Shown here: one piece after another, positions 35,673-48,845 of the stretch
Position numbering within the stretch: the stretch's first letter is position 1
Layout: each line of letters starts with the position of its first letter
NCBI GenBank assembly: GCA_038087875.1
Contig: JAXLNO010002757.1
Span: 248,001-312,000, forward strand
Direction: 5' to 3'
Origin: Malacoraja senta
Lineage: Eukaryota
DNA: 64,000 bases
Made by a program: the position numbers and the translations under genes
The notes under the pieces: model-generated
Seen by the model: only the letters and a program-made list of their open reading frames with translations
What the model was told of the DNA's origin: nothing
Database searches by the model: none

Positions 35673-36512
35673 TCATGCTTGTAATAGGTCCAAAAACGTA
35701 GACCACGTCTTTTGAAATTGGTCTACTTTGCCTACTAGGAGGAATCTCATCTCTTCCAGATGTAGTGTTTCCAACATATTTGATGTCCACATTTTTATTG
35801 TTGGTGTGGGCGCATTTTTCCAGAATTTAAGTATAAGCTTTTTTCCCATTATTAGCCCATAATTGAGTAAATTCTTCTGATACACGTTTAATTCAGGAAT
35901 ACCTTCCGATATTCCAAAAATAATCCATTCTGGTTTTGGTACCAGTTTTATTTTGATTAATTTTGAAAAAATATCAAATATTTCAGACCAGAATTTTTGG
36001 ATTTTTGTACAAAAAACAAAAGAATGTGCTATGGTAGCTTCTTGACATATACATTTATCACAGATTGGTGAGACGTTAGGAAAGATTTTATTTAGTTTGG
36101 TTTTTGAATAATATAATCTATGTAATGTTTTAAATTGGATAAGCGTATGTCGTACGTTGATCGAGCATTTATGCACCTGTAATAAATGATTATCCCAACT
36201 CTCTTTTGAAATTTTTATACCTAGATCTTGTTCCCAATCTCTTCTAATTCCATCTGTTGTGGGTATTTCTATGTTTAAGATGATATTATATAAGTATGAT
36301 ATTAAATTAACTGATTCCGCCTTTGTCTTCATTGCTTCATCTAGTAAGTCGGAAGGCATATTATAATAATCTTTTGTGTGTGTTTTCAAATAGTCACGGA
36401 TTTGTAGATATTTAAAATATTGATTATTTTTCAAATTATATTTCAGTTGTAGTTGTTGAAATGATAGTAATTTTTCTAATTCATACAGATCTTCGAGCGT
36501 TTTGATTCCCAT
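35673..36512 (-). CDS. L1 ORF2 C-terminal part (Cys-rich domain)
   Basis: CDKC...HSFVFC zinc-knuckle-like motif; homologous to 20357-21271. Confidence 0.85.
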   Translation of the reverse strand: MGIKTLEDLYELEKLLSFQQLQLKYNLKNNQYFKYLQIRDYLKTHTKDYYNMPSDLLDEAMKTKAESVNLISYLYNIILNIEIPTTDGIRRDWEQDLGIKISKESWDNHLLQVHKCSINVRHTLIQFKTLHRLYYSKTKLNKIFPNVSPICDKCICQEATIAHSFVFCTKIQKFWSEIFDIFSKLIKIKLVPKPEWIIFGISEGIPELNVYQKNLLNYGLIMGKKLILKFWKNAPTPTIKMWTSNMLETLHLEEMRFLLVGKVDQFQKTWSTFLDLLQA

Positions 36513-36881
36513 TCTTTCCCATTGTATAAATGATTTATCTATGATTGAAGGTTTAAACGATGGGTTATTGACTATTGGTATTAAGAGAGATAGGTTTCTT
36601 AATTTTAGATTCTGTTTTATTTGCTTCCATGTTCTAATAGTGCTATATATAATTGGATTTTTAATTTTATATAATTGGTGTTGAAATTTTAGACACCGTA
36701 AATCTATTTGATTTATATATATTTTTTTTAATCACAATATGTCACATCTGTGTGTTTTTTCTTCAAGGACAATCGCGCAGGAGAACTACCAAGGAAGTCT
36801 ATAATAGAAATACTCCCAAAATAACCAGAGTCCGGAGGTATGAACGCACCATAATAATTAAGGTCATTAAAACTGGTAAAA

Positions 36882-39674
36882 ATGCATGACGACAATCAAA
36901 AGAAAATAGGAGGAATCACATTATGTAGTTGGAATATAAGGGGGATTAATGAACCTATTAAAAGGGGCAAGATACTAGCTCAGTTGAAATCATACAACAC
37001 GGGCATTGCGTTTCTACAGGAAACACATCTTAAACAGCAAGATCAGACAAGACTGAGGGCGAACTGGATAGGCCAAACATTTCACTCTTCATTTACCTCC
37101 AAATCTAGAGGTACTGCAATTATTATTCGTAAAGGAATTCCATTTAAATCAAAGAACACTATTTTAGATAAGGAAGGGAGATATCTTATAGTAGCAGGGG
37201 AGATCAATAATATGCCAATTACGCTGGTAAACATATATGCGCCCAACTTTGATAACCCTCAATTTTTTAATAAAATTCTGAATATAATTGCAGAATCTAA
37301 TTATCAAAATGTTATAATCGGAGGAGATTTTAATTGTGTTTTAGATCCTTATTTAGATAAATCGATGCAAAAACAAAAAGGTCAGACGAAATCTAAAACC
37401 AGTGAACTCTTACACACATATATGGAAAACACAAATATAACAGATGTATGGAGGATTGCAAACCCGACGGGAAGGGATTACTCGTTTTATTCAATGGTGC
37501 ATAAAACATATTCACGGATAGACTATTTTCTTGTGGATACAAAATTAATTCCGCAATCTCTGAATCCTAAATATCATATTAATGCGATCTCAGATCATTC
37601 TCCGTTAACTTTTGTTCTAAAACTAGAAGGAATGTCTATGAATAAACCATTCTGGAGGTTTAACTCACAAATTTTAAAAGACCCTCAAGGGAGTATCTAT
37701 CTAAAAAAACAGATGGATCTATTTTTTGAGTTAAATGATACACCAGAGATATCCCCCACGTTATTATGGGAATCCTTCAAAGCATTTATAAGAGGAGTCA
37801 TTATTTCATTTCAAGCTTATCAAAATAAAAAGAATAAGAATGAACAAAGACACTTAGAAGATCAAATAAAACAGTTAGATATAGATAATGCTAAAGACCC
37901 AACTATGGATAAACATAATAAAATACTACTACTGAAATTTCAGTTAAATAAATTACTGTCAGAGAAAGTTATAACATTATTTCAAATCACAAAACAAGAA
38001 CACTTCGAATTCGGGGACAAACCCCACAAACTTCTAGCACGACAACTTAAAAAACGGGAAAAAGAGAATGCAATATTAAAGATTAAATCAGATAGAGGGG
38101 AAGTATTAACACTACCCAAGGATATTAATAAAAGATTTGCTCAATTTTACCAGAATCTATACACATCTAAAACATCAATAGACAATAATAAAATCTCAGA
38201 ATTTTTAGATAATTGTAATCTACCACAATTAGAACGCAGGGAACAAGAGGAACTGGGAGCACAAATTACTTCTAAGGAGATAGAAGACACAATGAAAACA
38301 CTAAAAAATGGAAAAACACCAGGACCAGACGGATTCAGTAATGAATTTTATAAATCTTTTTATGATATAGTTACTCCACGATTACAAAAAATGTATACAT
38401 ATGCTTATAAAGAGCAAAACCTACCTGAAACACTAGCGGAATCAACGATCATATTAATACTTAAAAAAGATAAAAATATAGAAGAACCAGGATCATATAG
38501 AGCTATTGCTTTGTTAAATACGGATCAGAAAATAATAGCAAAAACATTAGCCAATAGATTATGCAAGTATGTTAGTAGACTAATACATGAGGATCAAACA
38601 GGATTTATACCTAAGAGACACTCATTTAATAATTTGAGACGTTTGCTTAACATAATGCATTCACATAAATCTTATGACCAAGAGTTAGCTATCATCTCAC
38701 TGGACGCAGAAAAAGCGTTTGATCAAGTAGAATGGGACTATATGATCAAAGTATTGCAAAAATTCCAATTGGGAGAAAACTTTATTGCATGGATAAAACT
38801 ACTATATAACAAACCTACGGCTAGAATACTAACTAATAATATATTATCTTCAAAATTCGAATTATCTAGGGGCAACAGACAAGGATGTTCACTATCACCG
38901 CTGTTATTTGCTTTAGTAATTGAACCCCTTGCTGAAAAAATAAGAACACACTCGAATATTCACGGTTATAACACAAAATATTCAAACAACAAACTATCCC
39001 TATATGCTGATGATGTACTACTGTACATCACAAAACCACAAATTAGTATACCAAATATATTAAACTTAATTGAGGACTTTGGATCCTTTTCAGGATATAG
39101 AATAAATTGGAACAAAAGTGAAATTATGTCGATTAAACCAAAAGACTCAACACATCTCAGGAAATTCCCTTTTAAAATAGCTACGGAAAAATTCAAATAT
39201 TTAGGAATTGAGATTACTAGAAATTACCATGATATGTTTAAAGCTAATTATAATCCCCTACTTAAGAAATTAAATAATTTGATTAAATTTTGGAAAACAC
39301 TTCCGATGTCCTTAATAGGTAGGATAAATGCTATAAAAATGATTTTCTTACCACAAATCCTTTACCTATTTCAATCAATACCTATATATCTCCCCAAAAA
39401 GTTTTTCAAAAAACTGGACTCAGACATTACAAATTTTATATGGGATTACAAATCCCACAGAATACAAAGAACACACCTTAACAAACGAAAAGAGTTGGGG
39501 GGTCTAGCGCTCCCTAAATTTATGTATTATAACTGGGCAGTAAATATTAAAAATATGATTCACCTGCTGGACAATTCTGCCCAGCAGGTGGACTGGATTA
39601 TAATGGAAAAAGGGGATTGCTCCCCGAATAATATAGGAGCGATTATTCTCTCTCCAATAAATTTGAATAATAAA
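36882..39674 (+). CDS. L1 ORF2 endonuclease + reverse transcriptase, uninterrupted up to the inversion breakpoint
   Basis: SWNIRG, LQETH, GGDFN, SRIDYF, SDH (APE endonuclease); GPDG, GNRQGCSLSP, YADD (RT). The last about 20 aa of the tracked ORF are flanking CR1 sequence. Confidence 0.93.
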
Positions 39675-40001
39675 TTAAACCTGTTTTTGCTGGTTCTTGA
39701 TTACCCTACCCTGGGTAAAATAAATCCTGATCAATCGCCCTCATGATTTTAGAAAGCTCTCTAAGCACCAATTAAATGGTTTCAATTATAGATAGAGTAA
39801 AACTTTGTGGTTATTTCCAACAAGAATTTTAGACTAAAGAAAGGCCAGTGGAAGTACTTGGTCAAACAGCATCTGTGGAGGCAAATGACATATACCAACA
39901 TTTCAAGGCAAGGCACTGCATTAGAATTGAAGGAGAGGATGGGAAGATTCTAACAGTTTGAAGGAGGAATGGGGCAGAGGCTGGTACGTGGCAGGTGGAA
40001 T

Positions 40002-43000
40002 AGTAAGATTAAACGAGAACTTACCAAGTTTGAAGTTTGATCTTTATTTTATGAGGAGTAACGTTGAGGGATTACGTGAAGAAGCCCCGTCCAGCCGCAC
40101 ACGCGTCAATCTTTCAAAGCAGCGGAGTGACAATCACAGACGATAATTACTGAAGTATGATAGTAAGATGCATAAAGACTTAGAACTACCAGCTTGATCA
40201 TTTTATGAGGGTGGGAGCGGAGGGCACGTAATCCCTCAACGTTACTCCTCATAAAATAAAGATCAAACTTCAAACTTGGTAAGTTCTCGTTTAATCTTAC
40301 TATTTTACTTCGGAGTCACGTGAGTGACTACGTGAAGATTTCAAAGCTCTGTGATTTCACACCGTGGATTCAAATCCAGGAGTTCACTGCATTGATTGAC
40401 TCTATTTGAGTAAGCACAATCAACAATGCATAACCACAACATTTGAATGTAATCAGTTAATGGTTTTATTTATTTTAATAAAAGTAGCAAAATTAGGCCC
40501 ATTTATTTATAATGGGGGATTTAATACTGTATCCAGCACGGCATTACCAAACCCTCTGAGATCTTTAATCTCCTTGTGGTAATACTTGTGAAACATCTGT
40601 TCACTTGCCCATCCTGCGGCCACGAGAATAAGGTCTATTAGCACGTCTGAATCCCTGGCCGCTGATGTTGATGCCGCCCTGGTGGAATGAGATTTAAATT
40701 TATCAGTATCAATACCTGAATATCTCAACACCTGTTTCAACCATCGTGAAATTGTTTGTGTTGACACTTTCTTATGAGGCTTTTTATGACTAATAAAAAA
40801 TGCCAATTCGGCGCCTCATAAAACTTTTGTTGTTTCTATGTAACATTTCACATATGTTACTACACACAGTCGTGAATCTGTAGGATATGCTAAAAATTCC
40901 AACTTGCATCCTGTGAACCCAGGTATACTTTGCTTCAGTAAATCATAGACATAGAATGTCACGGCATTTTGCCCTACTTTCATTCTATCAATTCTGTAAT
41001 GTGTGAACTCTCTGTGCTGAAACTAATTCCATGAGCATAACCAATTTCATGGTAATTTTGGATAATGACAGAGTTTCAACTGGATTCCAATTCCTTAGGA
41101 ACATCAGTACATCTTTTACATTCCAAATTTCTGTATACCTGTGTCTGGGAGGATTAGAGTTGAAAATTCCTTTCATAAACCTACAGACCCAAGGATGTGC
41201 TCCAATTGGAGTTTGTTCTGATTCACTGCTTAAATATGCAGAGAGTGCACTTCGTGCAGTATTAATTGCACTATAACTTAATTTCAATTCATAGTGTAGA
41301 GTTGAAAGAAACTCTATTACATCTGAAATTTCTGCTGTGTTATATGCAATATTCTTTCCTGAACAAAACACCTCCCATTTCTTTATATATGAAATGTACT
41401 GCTACTGGGTACTATTCCTCCAGGCTGCTGTCATAACATCCACCGTACGGTCTGATAATCTTTTTCCAAGATATGGCCTTCTTAGAATCTGCAAATCAAC
41501 AAACCAATACGATTATGTAAAGGATGTGATTCATTAGTCACAGGGTGTACAAGCAGTTTAATCTGCTTTGGAATAACCATAAGGGTTTTGGGGGTTTTTC
41601 CCCCATTTTTAACACCAGTGGGTACCATACCTGTGTAGGCCAATCTGGTACTACCAAAATCCCTGAGGCTGAATCGTGTTTAATTTTCTGTATGCATTTG
41701 TGGATTAAACAAATTTTTTTGTTTTTGTTTTTGTTTTTTTGTTTTTTTTGTGGATTAAACAAAATGGTGGAAAAACATACAGAAACATACCACCCCAATG
41801 TAGCGAGAAAGCATCCACCACTACTGCTCCAGGATCAGGTTCCCATGACACATACTTAGGCAACTGGTGGTTCAATCTTGATGCAAACAGATCAATTTCT
41901 GGCATTCCAAATTGTGTGATAATTTGTGTGAATATTTTCCGATTTAACATCCATTCTGTATTATCATTAAATTTACGTGATCTTTTGTCTGCAATTGTAT
42001 TAATTTTTACCTGGTAAATATATTGCTGACAGCCACATTTTTCTGGCAATACCCCCAGGTCCAAATTTCATTTGCCAATTTATCACATGATTCTGATTTT
42101 ATACCACCCATGTGATTTATGTATGCTACAGCTGTAGTATTGTCAACCTGTACCTGAACATGCACATTTCCCATATCAGTGCAATAAGCTCTAAGGCCGT
42201 AAAATGCGCCTAATAGCTCTGGGTAATTGATTCCCAGTTTTTCCAGCAAAGGTACTTCATTCACATTCCACCTACCTCCACAGCTGAGTTTAGTAGCGCC
42301 CCAACTCAGTGCACTTACATCAGTCTGTCGAGTGACGGAAGGTGTTTCTACCAGAACGTTTCTGGAAGCATTAGAAACATTGTTAATCCACCATTCTATT
42401 TCTGTAATGGATTGAATTGTTAATTTCATGGGCCTATCAAAATGCCCTCTATTCATTTTTAACGCTTGTACCTTAGGTCTCTGTAAACATTGATAATGCA
42501 ATGGTCCAAATGTGACCGCTGGAAACCCTGCAATTAATTTGCCGAGCAAGCTTGCCACTTCTCTAATTGAAGGTGTGTCCTCGTTAATGAGTTTTATGCA
42601 ACCTTCAATTAACTGCAGCTTTTTATCTTTTGGCAAAGTGATTACCATGTGTTCGGAGTTAATTGTGAACCCTAGGTAATCAATCTTTTTGCTTGGTAAC
42701 AATTTAGATTTTTGTAGGTGAATAATGAAACCTAATTTCTCAAAATGTATTTGACTGGATACTGACAATTTTGCAGCAGCCAAAGTGTCCCCTACAATGA
42801 GGATATCATCTAAATAAGCCATTAATACATGGCCCTCAGCTCTTAACAGAGCTAAAATTGGTTTGAGCAATTTAGTGAATAATCTTGGTGCTGAAATCAG
42901 ACCATTGGGCAATGCTTTAAATTGCCATAACTGACTCATCCATCTAAATTTCAAATATCTTTGATCATTACCATGCATTGCCACAGAATAATATGCATTT

Positions 43001-45145
43001 TGCAGATCTATGCTTGCCTTGTAGCAATTCTTTGTGACTAGCTAAATGGCATTAGTAAATGTTTCCATTTTGAAATGTTTCTATTGTACATAAAGGTTAA
43101 GATTTGTCAGATCGGAAATGATTCTACGTCCACCATCCCTTTTCTAGGAGAATATTCCTAGGAGAATATTTGACACAAACTGATGGTGTTGTTCTACTGA
43201 CATTTATATCATCCTTTTCTGCATAACATTTTTCAATTCTCCTTTGATCAACCCATTCTCTTCCTTTGAAAAAAATCTGACCAGTTTGAATTATGCTGAA
43301 TTGGAGGATCCAAAAGTGGAGAGAACTCAATTTTGAATCCTACAATGCTACATAGAATAAATGAATCATTTGTTATTGATTGCCATTCTTTTAGGAAGAA
43401 TCGTAACCTTCCCCCTATTTGTGAGTGTGAAACATTTGTTGTGTTTCTTACCAGACCAAGCCCCCTAACCTCGGGGTTTGCCACCAGCAGTTGTTGTCCC
43501 CTTCTAGTAGGCACATTGTAACCTCCACGTATCCTCGGTGCAGCACGTCAACGTGTATACGAGAATGATAGGATTGTTCCTTCTCCAGCACCACATTTCG
43601 CCTGTAGGGCTACTGCCTTCTCACCGCTCTGCTCAGCATAGGTGATCCTTTAGTTTCTTTGTTAGATTTTCTCCAAAACAGATTTAGGCATTTGTATATT
43701 GGATGGTTTGCAGAGCCTGCATACTTAGGATGAATATTTGGTCTTATTGCATTTTTATGAATACAATTTATTTCAAAGTGCACACTACACATGAGTGCTA
43801 AAGCATTTTGTTGTGAATACGATATATAACCTTCATCCAAACCACTGACCCCAGAAATTTCAGCACTTGTGTAATTTCAATTCTTGTGAGCGTAAACCAC
43901 TGCTCAAATTACCCATATCAAGTTATTCACTGCTGTAACTGCTACAATTTCCCGGGTCTCATATTTTTTGAGTCTCATCCATGGTTAATTCCTGGGGCTG
44001 ATGGGAGAGTAGATAATTTATAGTCATAGCTATTTCCTCTCTCAAAGGTTCCCCTGTTACTCTGGGAACAGCAAAGTTTTGTGCCAGCCTTGGAACATTT
44101 GTGGCTCTGATAATGGGCTCTGGTCCTCATTTAAATCATCATCTAAATCTAGATATTCATTTTTATGTTGGGTAATTTCTGGCTCCCCTGTTCCAGGTAA
44201 GTCTCTGCCAGATTCCCCCTGCGCGGGCTCTCTTGTAGGCCCACGGACAGGCAGCCCTGCTTCAGGTGCTGCTGGCGCTGGCTCAATTCTAGGCCAACGC
44301 TTTATTATTTTTACTCTTTATATTTGTCGGTGCTGGCACATTTATCATTGCACGTTTGTGCTGCCTTTTGTTCAGGCATTTCTAGTACTGGCTCTCCAAT
44401 AGGCCAACACATAACTTGCCTTTTTTCTGGCATTTTTGGGCACTGGCTCTCCTGTAGGCCAACCTCTTTAATGTTTCTGCACAGGCACTGATGGCTCTCC
44501 TGTAGGCCACCCTTGTGCCTGTTCCAAGGCACCTCCTGTGCTATACTTCATTGGCCAACACCGTCTTAAATCCTCCTATGGGGGTTCTTTACAAATGATC
44601 TGCCCCATAAGGAGTTATAAAGTTTTTGACCCTTGCAGTGTAATACTCTTTCCTGCCTCAGGAGGGCATACCTCCGGGTCTGACTCATCCGAGTCTACAG
44701 GTCGGGCCGATTTTTATTTATTTATTATTATATATATATATATTTTTTTATTTTTATTTCTCAGCCTTGCGCCCCGCCGCCGGCGGTTTAACGCACATTC
44801 GACCACAACGGGAGTTAATGGCTTCGCTGCCACTGACTCCCCTGACTGACGCCCGCTACCCTTAGGATCTGGGGTTTTACTACGGTGCGTCCCTGGCCAC
44901 CTCTCCTTCCCATTTCTCCATAATAAACTTGTGTGGAGCTCCACCAACAAGTCTAAACGGGAAGGAAACGCTCCTGTAAGTGAAAAGTAACTCCACTTAC
45001 CTTCCGACTTTTGTTTTACTCACCGGCTGGAGGAGCTCCTGCTCCTCCACACACGGTCATGAACGCTATGCGTCTGATCGATAATGATGCGTGTGCGGCT
45101 GGACGGGGCTTCTTCACGTAGTCACTCATGTGACTCCGAAGTAAA
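40002..45145 (-). mobile_element. DIRS1-type retrotransposon, copy 2 (same subfamily as copy 1, degraded)
   Basis: Same ITR/ICR (ICR about 40225-40340); YR pieces 40507-41371, MT 41538-42064, RT/RNase H 42007-43514, gag 43610-44950; frameshifts and two AT-rich insertions. Confidence 0.93.
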
Positions 45146-47979
45146 ATTAGCTGGGATGGGGATGATGGGCAGATGGAGCAAAGTTGGTGTATGGGTGGTT
45201 GTGGGAGAACAAATGAACACCAGTGGTATGGATAAGCTGAAATGTGAAAACTTTATATTCATATAAAGTTACCCAGGTGGATTATCAGATATTTTACTTA
45301 AAACTTTCTGTGCCCAAGGTTAACGACAGATGGGTCAGTGTGTGAGTGGGAAGGGGTATTAAAATACCATACAACTGATCTCAGGATGATCTTTACTTCA
45401 AAGGTATCTGCTGTACAAAATGGTTGACATCTAAGCTAGTTTCTCCACAGTGTGAGCAATGATTGCAGTATAGAAAGATGAAAGAGATGCAAGTGAACCT
45501 CTGTCTCATTTGAACAGTTTATTCTCCTGTTGTTCACCTCTTCCTCCTCCTCTCCTACCTGTTTCCATCTACCCATTATCCTCTCCCCACCTGGTTCTAT
45601 GTTTGATCTACCAGCCTCTGTCCTATTCCTCCCTGATTGCTATATATTGGCAATGCATCCTCTTCCCTAACAGGCCTGGTGCAGGTTCTTGACCCTATTT
45701 GTGACATCAACCATTTGTCCCAATAATTTTGCTTGAGCCATTGAATGGATATACTCACAGGTACGCACACACACACATATATATATGTGTATATATGTAC
45801 GCATACATATATTCAAGAGGGAAATCCGGTCAGTTCAGGACCCAGTGGTCACAATCTGATGATCAGGCATCAAGTTGAGATGAAGAGCGATTACTTCTCC
45901 CACAGAATGATGAATGTGTGGAATGTTATACCACTGGAAGCAGTTGAACACAGATCATTGAATTTATACAAGGAGTTATATGTTATTTGTATGGTCAAAG
46001 GATCAGAGAAATAAAAGGATCAAGCAATAAATTTTAGGTCACAATTGATCACATGGAATAATAGTTGAGGCTCAAATGCCTGAATTCCTATTACTTTTAT
46101 ATTCTGCATTTCAACATTTTTGTATTTATCGTGGCCACATTTCCTCTGCATTGAAGAACATGATAACTGGGATGCTTAAAAGCAACCGAGACCCTGGTGC
46201 CAATGCCTTTTTGCAGATGCATACATTGGTTTGGTGTTCACAAAGCAAGGACAAATCAGAAATAATTTTCTGAACACGCCATCCATTGCTATTTCAATGT
46301 GCTTACCCAAGATACAAAAAAAAAACTATATTAATCTATATTAAAAAATGTTTGGGTAAAATAAACAAAACACGGTCATCAAATGTTTCTGGGTAAGTCG
46401 TCCACCCCCTGCCCTCCACCCCTTTGAGAAGTGGCTGAAGGGAGATATTAAAATACATAAAGCTTTTAAATGAATCACTATGGTGAAAACATTTCCACCA
46501 AAAAATCCAGCAGGGAATTCGACAGAGAATGCTCCCTCTCCTCCCCTCCCACCCAATACTGGTGAGAATGAGGATCCAGCTTACAAGGATATTTATTGTA
46601 GCTAAAGGATAAGTTAAACCTTTCTTTTCTCCGAGACATGCAAGAATAGCTTGGTGCTTGATTTAATGCAGAATCTTTGAAGGACAGTGGCTGGGCCCGC
46701 AAGATCTCCACACCAGCCATCATAAATAGGAGTCTCCAATGGGCAGAAGACTGTGAGACTTGATGGTATTTGCCATAGCTTCTATCATTTAACACATTGA
46801 GCTGAAAGCCATGAGATTCATTGCTTTTTTAATGCTTTATCTTGTAATTTGACATAATAAAGATAGTCATTTTTACCCTTGAAATTTCCTTTCTCCGTTC
46901 ATTGATCCAAATCCTATTTATGTTTCATCACAAAGAGAGAATTGGATAAACTAATTGTGAGCAAAAACACGCAAAACTACAGTTTAAGGGCTGCGGTTGA
47001 ACAAGTGATTTTCTCCAGTAGAGAGGTGGCATTGGCCTGATAGGATGAAAGGTCCCCATCAGCACAGTAAACATTTAAATGATCCATTGATTTGTATTCA
47101 TCATCGTATATCAAATAAACTTAGGGATACAGAAGGAGAAATATTTTTGGCCTGTTTATATGGTGCAAAATAACCCACCCCAGAACAATAAGTAGTTGTG
47201 AATTTACACTTAATATTATCTGTCACTGAAGCAGAGTGCAGAGGTTCTCAAATTCATTTAAGAAATAGTATTAAGGCGACTGTATAGAAAATGGTGGGTA
47301 TTGCTTGGCAGCAAGATGGGAGTAGTATTGTAGAGTAGTGATGAGGTGTTTTGATGGCAGTGATCATAATTTAGCATGATTAAAGTAGCAATGTACACTA
47401 GGAATGCAGGTTCGCAGCTGAGGTGAAAACATTTCCAAGACTGCAACATAATTTAACAGAAATGTAATACAAAATGTAATAAAATAGGGCAATTAAATGG
47501 TAACAGTTAACAGATCTCTGGGGATACTAGAAACTGCAGATATTGGATCGTTGAGCAAAACTGTTGGAGGAACACAGTGCGTCAGGCAACATCTGTGGGA
47601 TGGAATGAACCAACGACATTTCAGGCTGGAACTCTTGTTCAGACTGGTGACTTCAAAACGTTGTCAGTCGATTCCCACCATAGATGCTGCCTGACACACT
47701 GAATTCTTCATGCACTTTGTTTTTAACACACCAGCTGGAAAGAGTCCAGAGAAGATTTACAAGGAGACTTGATAGTGGCATTTGAAGTCTTTAGAAAGGC
47801 ATAGATATGCAGGGAAAGGATGGATATGGAACATGTGTTGGTGGAGGAGATTAGTTCAACTTGGCATCACGTTTGGAACAGAAGGTGTGGCCCCAAGGGC
47901 CTGTTCCAATGCTGAACTGTTCTGCAAGTCACTGAGTCTATGTTCAGGGAGGGTGAGGTTGAGAAGGCTCTGATTTCAA

Positions 47980-48260
47980 TAGAAAATAGGTACAGGAGTA
48001 GGCCATTCGATCCTTCGAGCCAGCACCGCCATTCAATGTGATCATGGCTGATCATCCCCAATCAGTACCCCGTTCCTGCCTTCTCCCCATATCCCCTGAC
48101 TCCGCTATTTTTAAGAGCCCTATCTAGCTCTCTCTTGAAAGCATCCACTGCCCTCTGAGGCAGAGAATTTCACAGACTCACCACTCTCTGTGAGAAAAGG
48201 TGTTTCCTCGTCTCCGTTCTAAATGGCTTACTCCTTATTCTTAAACTGTGGTCCCTGGTT
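47980..48260 (-). mobile_element. CR1 LINE 3' tail
   Basis: aatagaaaataggtacaggagtaggccattcgatccttcgagccagcaccgccattcaatgtgatcatggctgatc. Confidence 0.85.
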
Positions 48261-48289
48261 CTGGAACTGTGGCCCCTGGTTCTGGATTT

Positions 48290-48660
48290 CATTCCTTAGA
48301 GTGCAAAAGGATGGGGTGATCTGAAAGAGGTTTACAAAATTATGTGAGCAATCAATCAGGTAAATGCGCATGTGTGTTTTGCCCACAATAGGGGACTCGA
48401 GAACCAGAGGATATAGATTTACGGTGAGAGGTGGGTGAGTGTGGAGATTTAATAGGAACCTGGGGATAACATTTTTACACAACGAGTGGTGGGTATATGG
48501 AACGAGCTGCCAGAGGAGGAGGTTGAGACAGATACTATCATAACAATAAATAGACAATTGGACAGGTACATGCATAGGATAGGTTTAGAGGGTTATGAGC
48601 CAAGCGTGGGGAGTTGGGACTAATGTAGATGGGGCATGCTGTGCTGTGCCGAAAAGCCCG
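48290..48660 (+). mobile_element. CR1-type LINE 3' fragment
   Basis: ggggtgatctgaaagaggtttacaaaattatg...tttttacacaacgagtggtgggtatatggaacgagctgccagagg. Confidence 0.7.
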
Positions 48661-48674
48661 TTTCAACGCAGTCT

Positions 48675-48845
48675 TACTAGGGGCAATTTACAGAGGGCAA
48701 TTAACAAATAAACCTGCACGAGTTTGTAATGTGGGTGGAGACCAGCGCCCGGAGAAAACCCACGTACGACGTTCACACAGACAGCATCCGTAGTCGGGAT
48801 CAAACCCGGGTCTCTGACGCTGCGAGGCATCCGTTCGACTGCTGC
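48675..48845 (-). mobile_element. V-SINE/HE1-like SINE
   Basis: cccgtagtcgggatcaaacccgggtctctgacgctg is the antisense head. Confidence 0.7.

Larger units (their letters stand above)
35261..39674. mobile_element. L1-clade LINE with 5' inversion (twin priming)
   Basis: Minus-strand 3' part about 35261-36676 (poly-T, ORF 35673-36512); plus-strand part 36677-39674 (ORF2 EN+RT); 14-bp TSD ttaaacctgttttt at 35247-35260 and 39675-39688. Confidence 0.92.

Noticed and set aside
46480-46605. Short + frame MVKTFPPKNPAGNSTENAPSPPLPPNTGENEDPAYKDIYCS* resembling a signalling tail
   Set aside because: Only 41 codons, an in-frame stop just upstream, no convincing acceptor and no linked exon; could be chance.
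7590-48845. tRNA genes
   Set aside because: The A/B-box-like heads belong to tRNA-derived SINEs and do not form complete cloverleaves.
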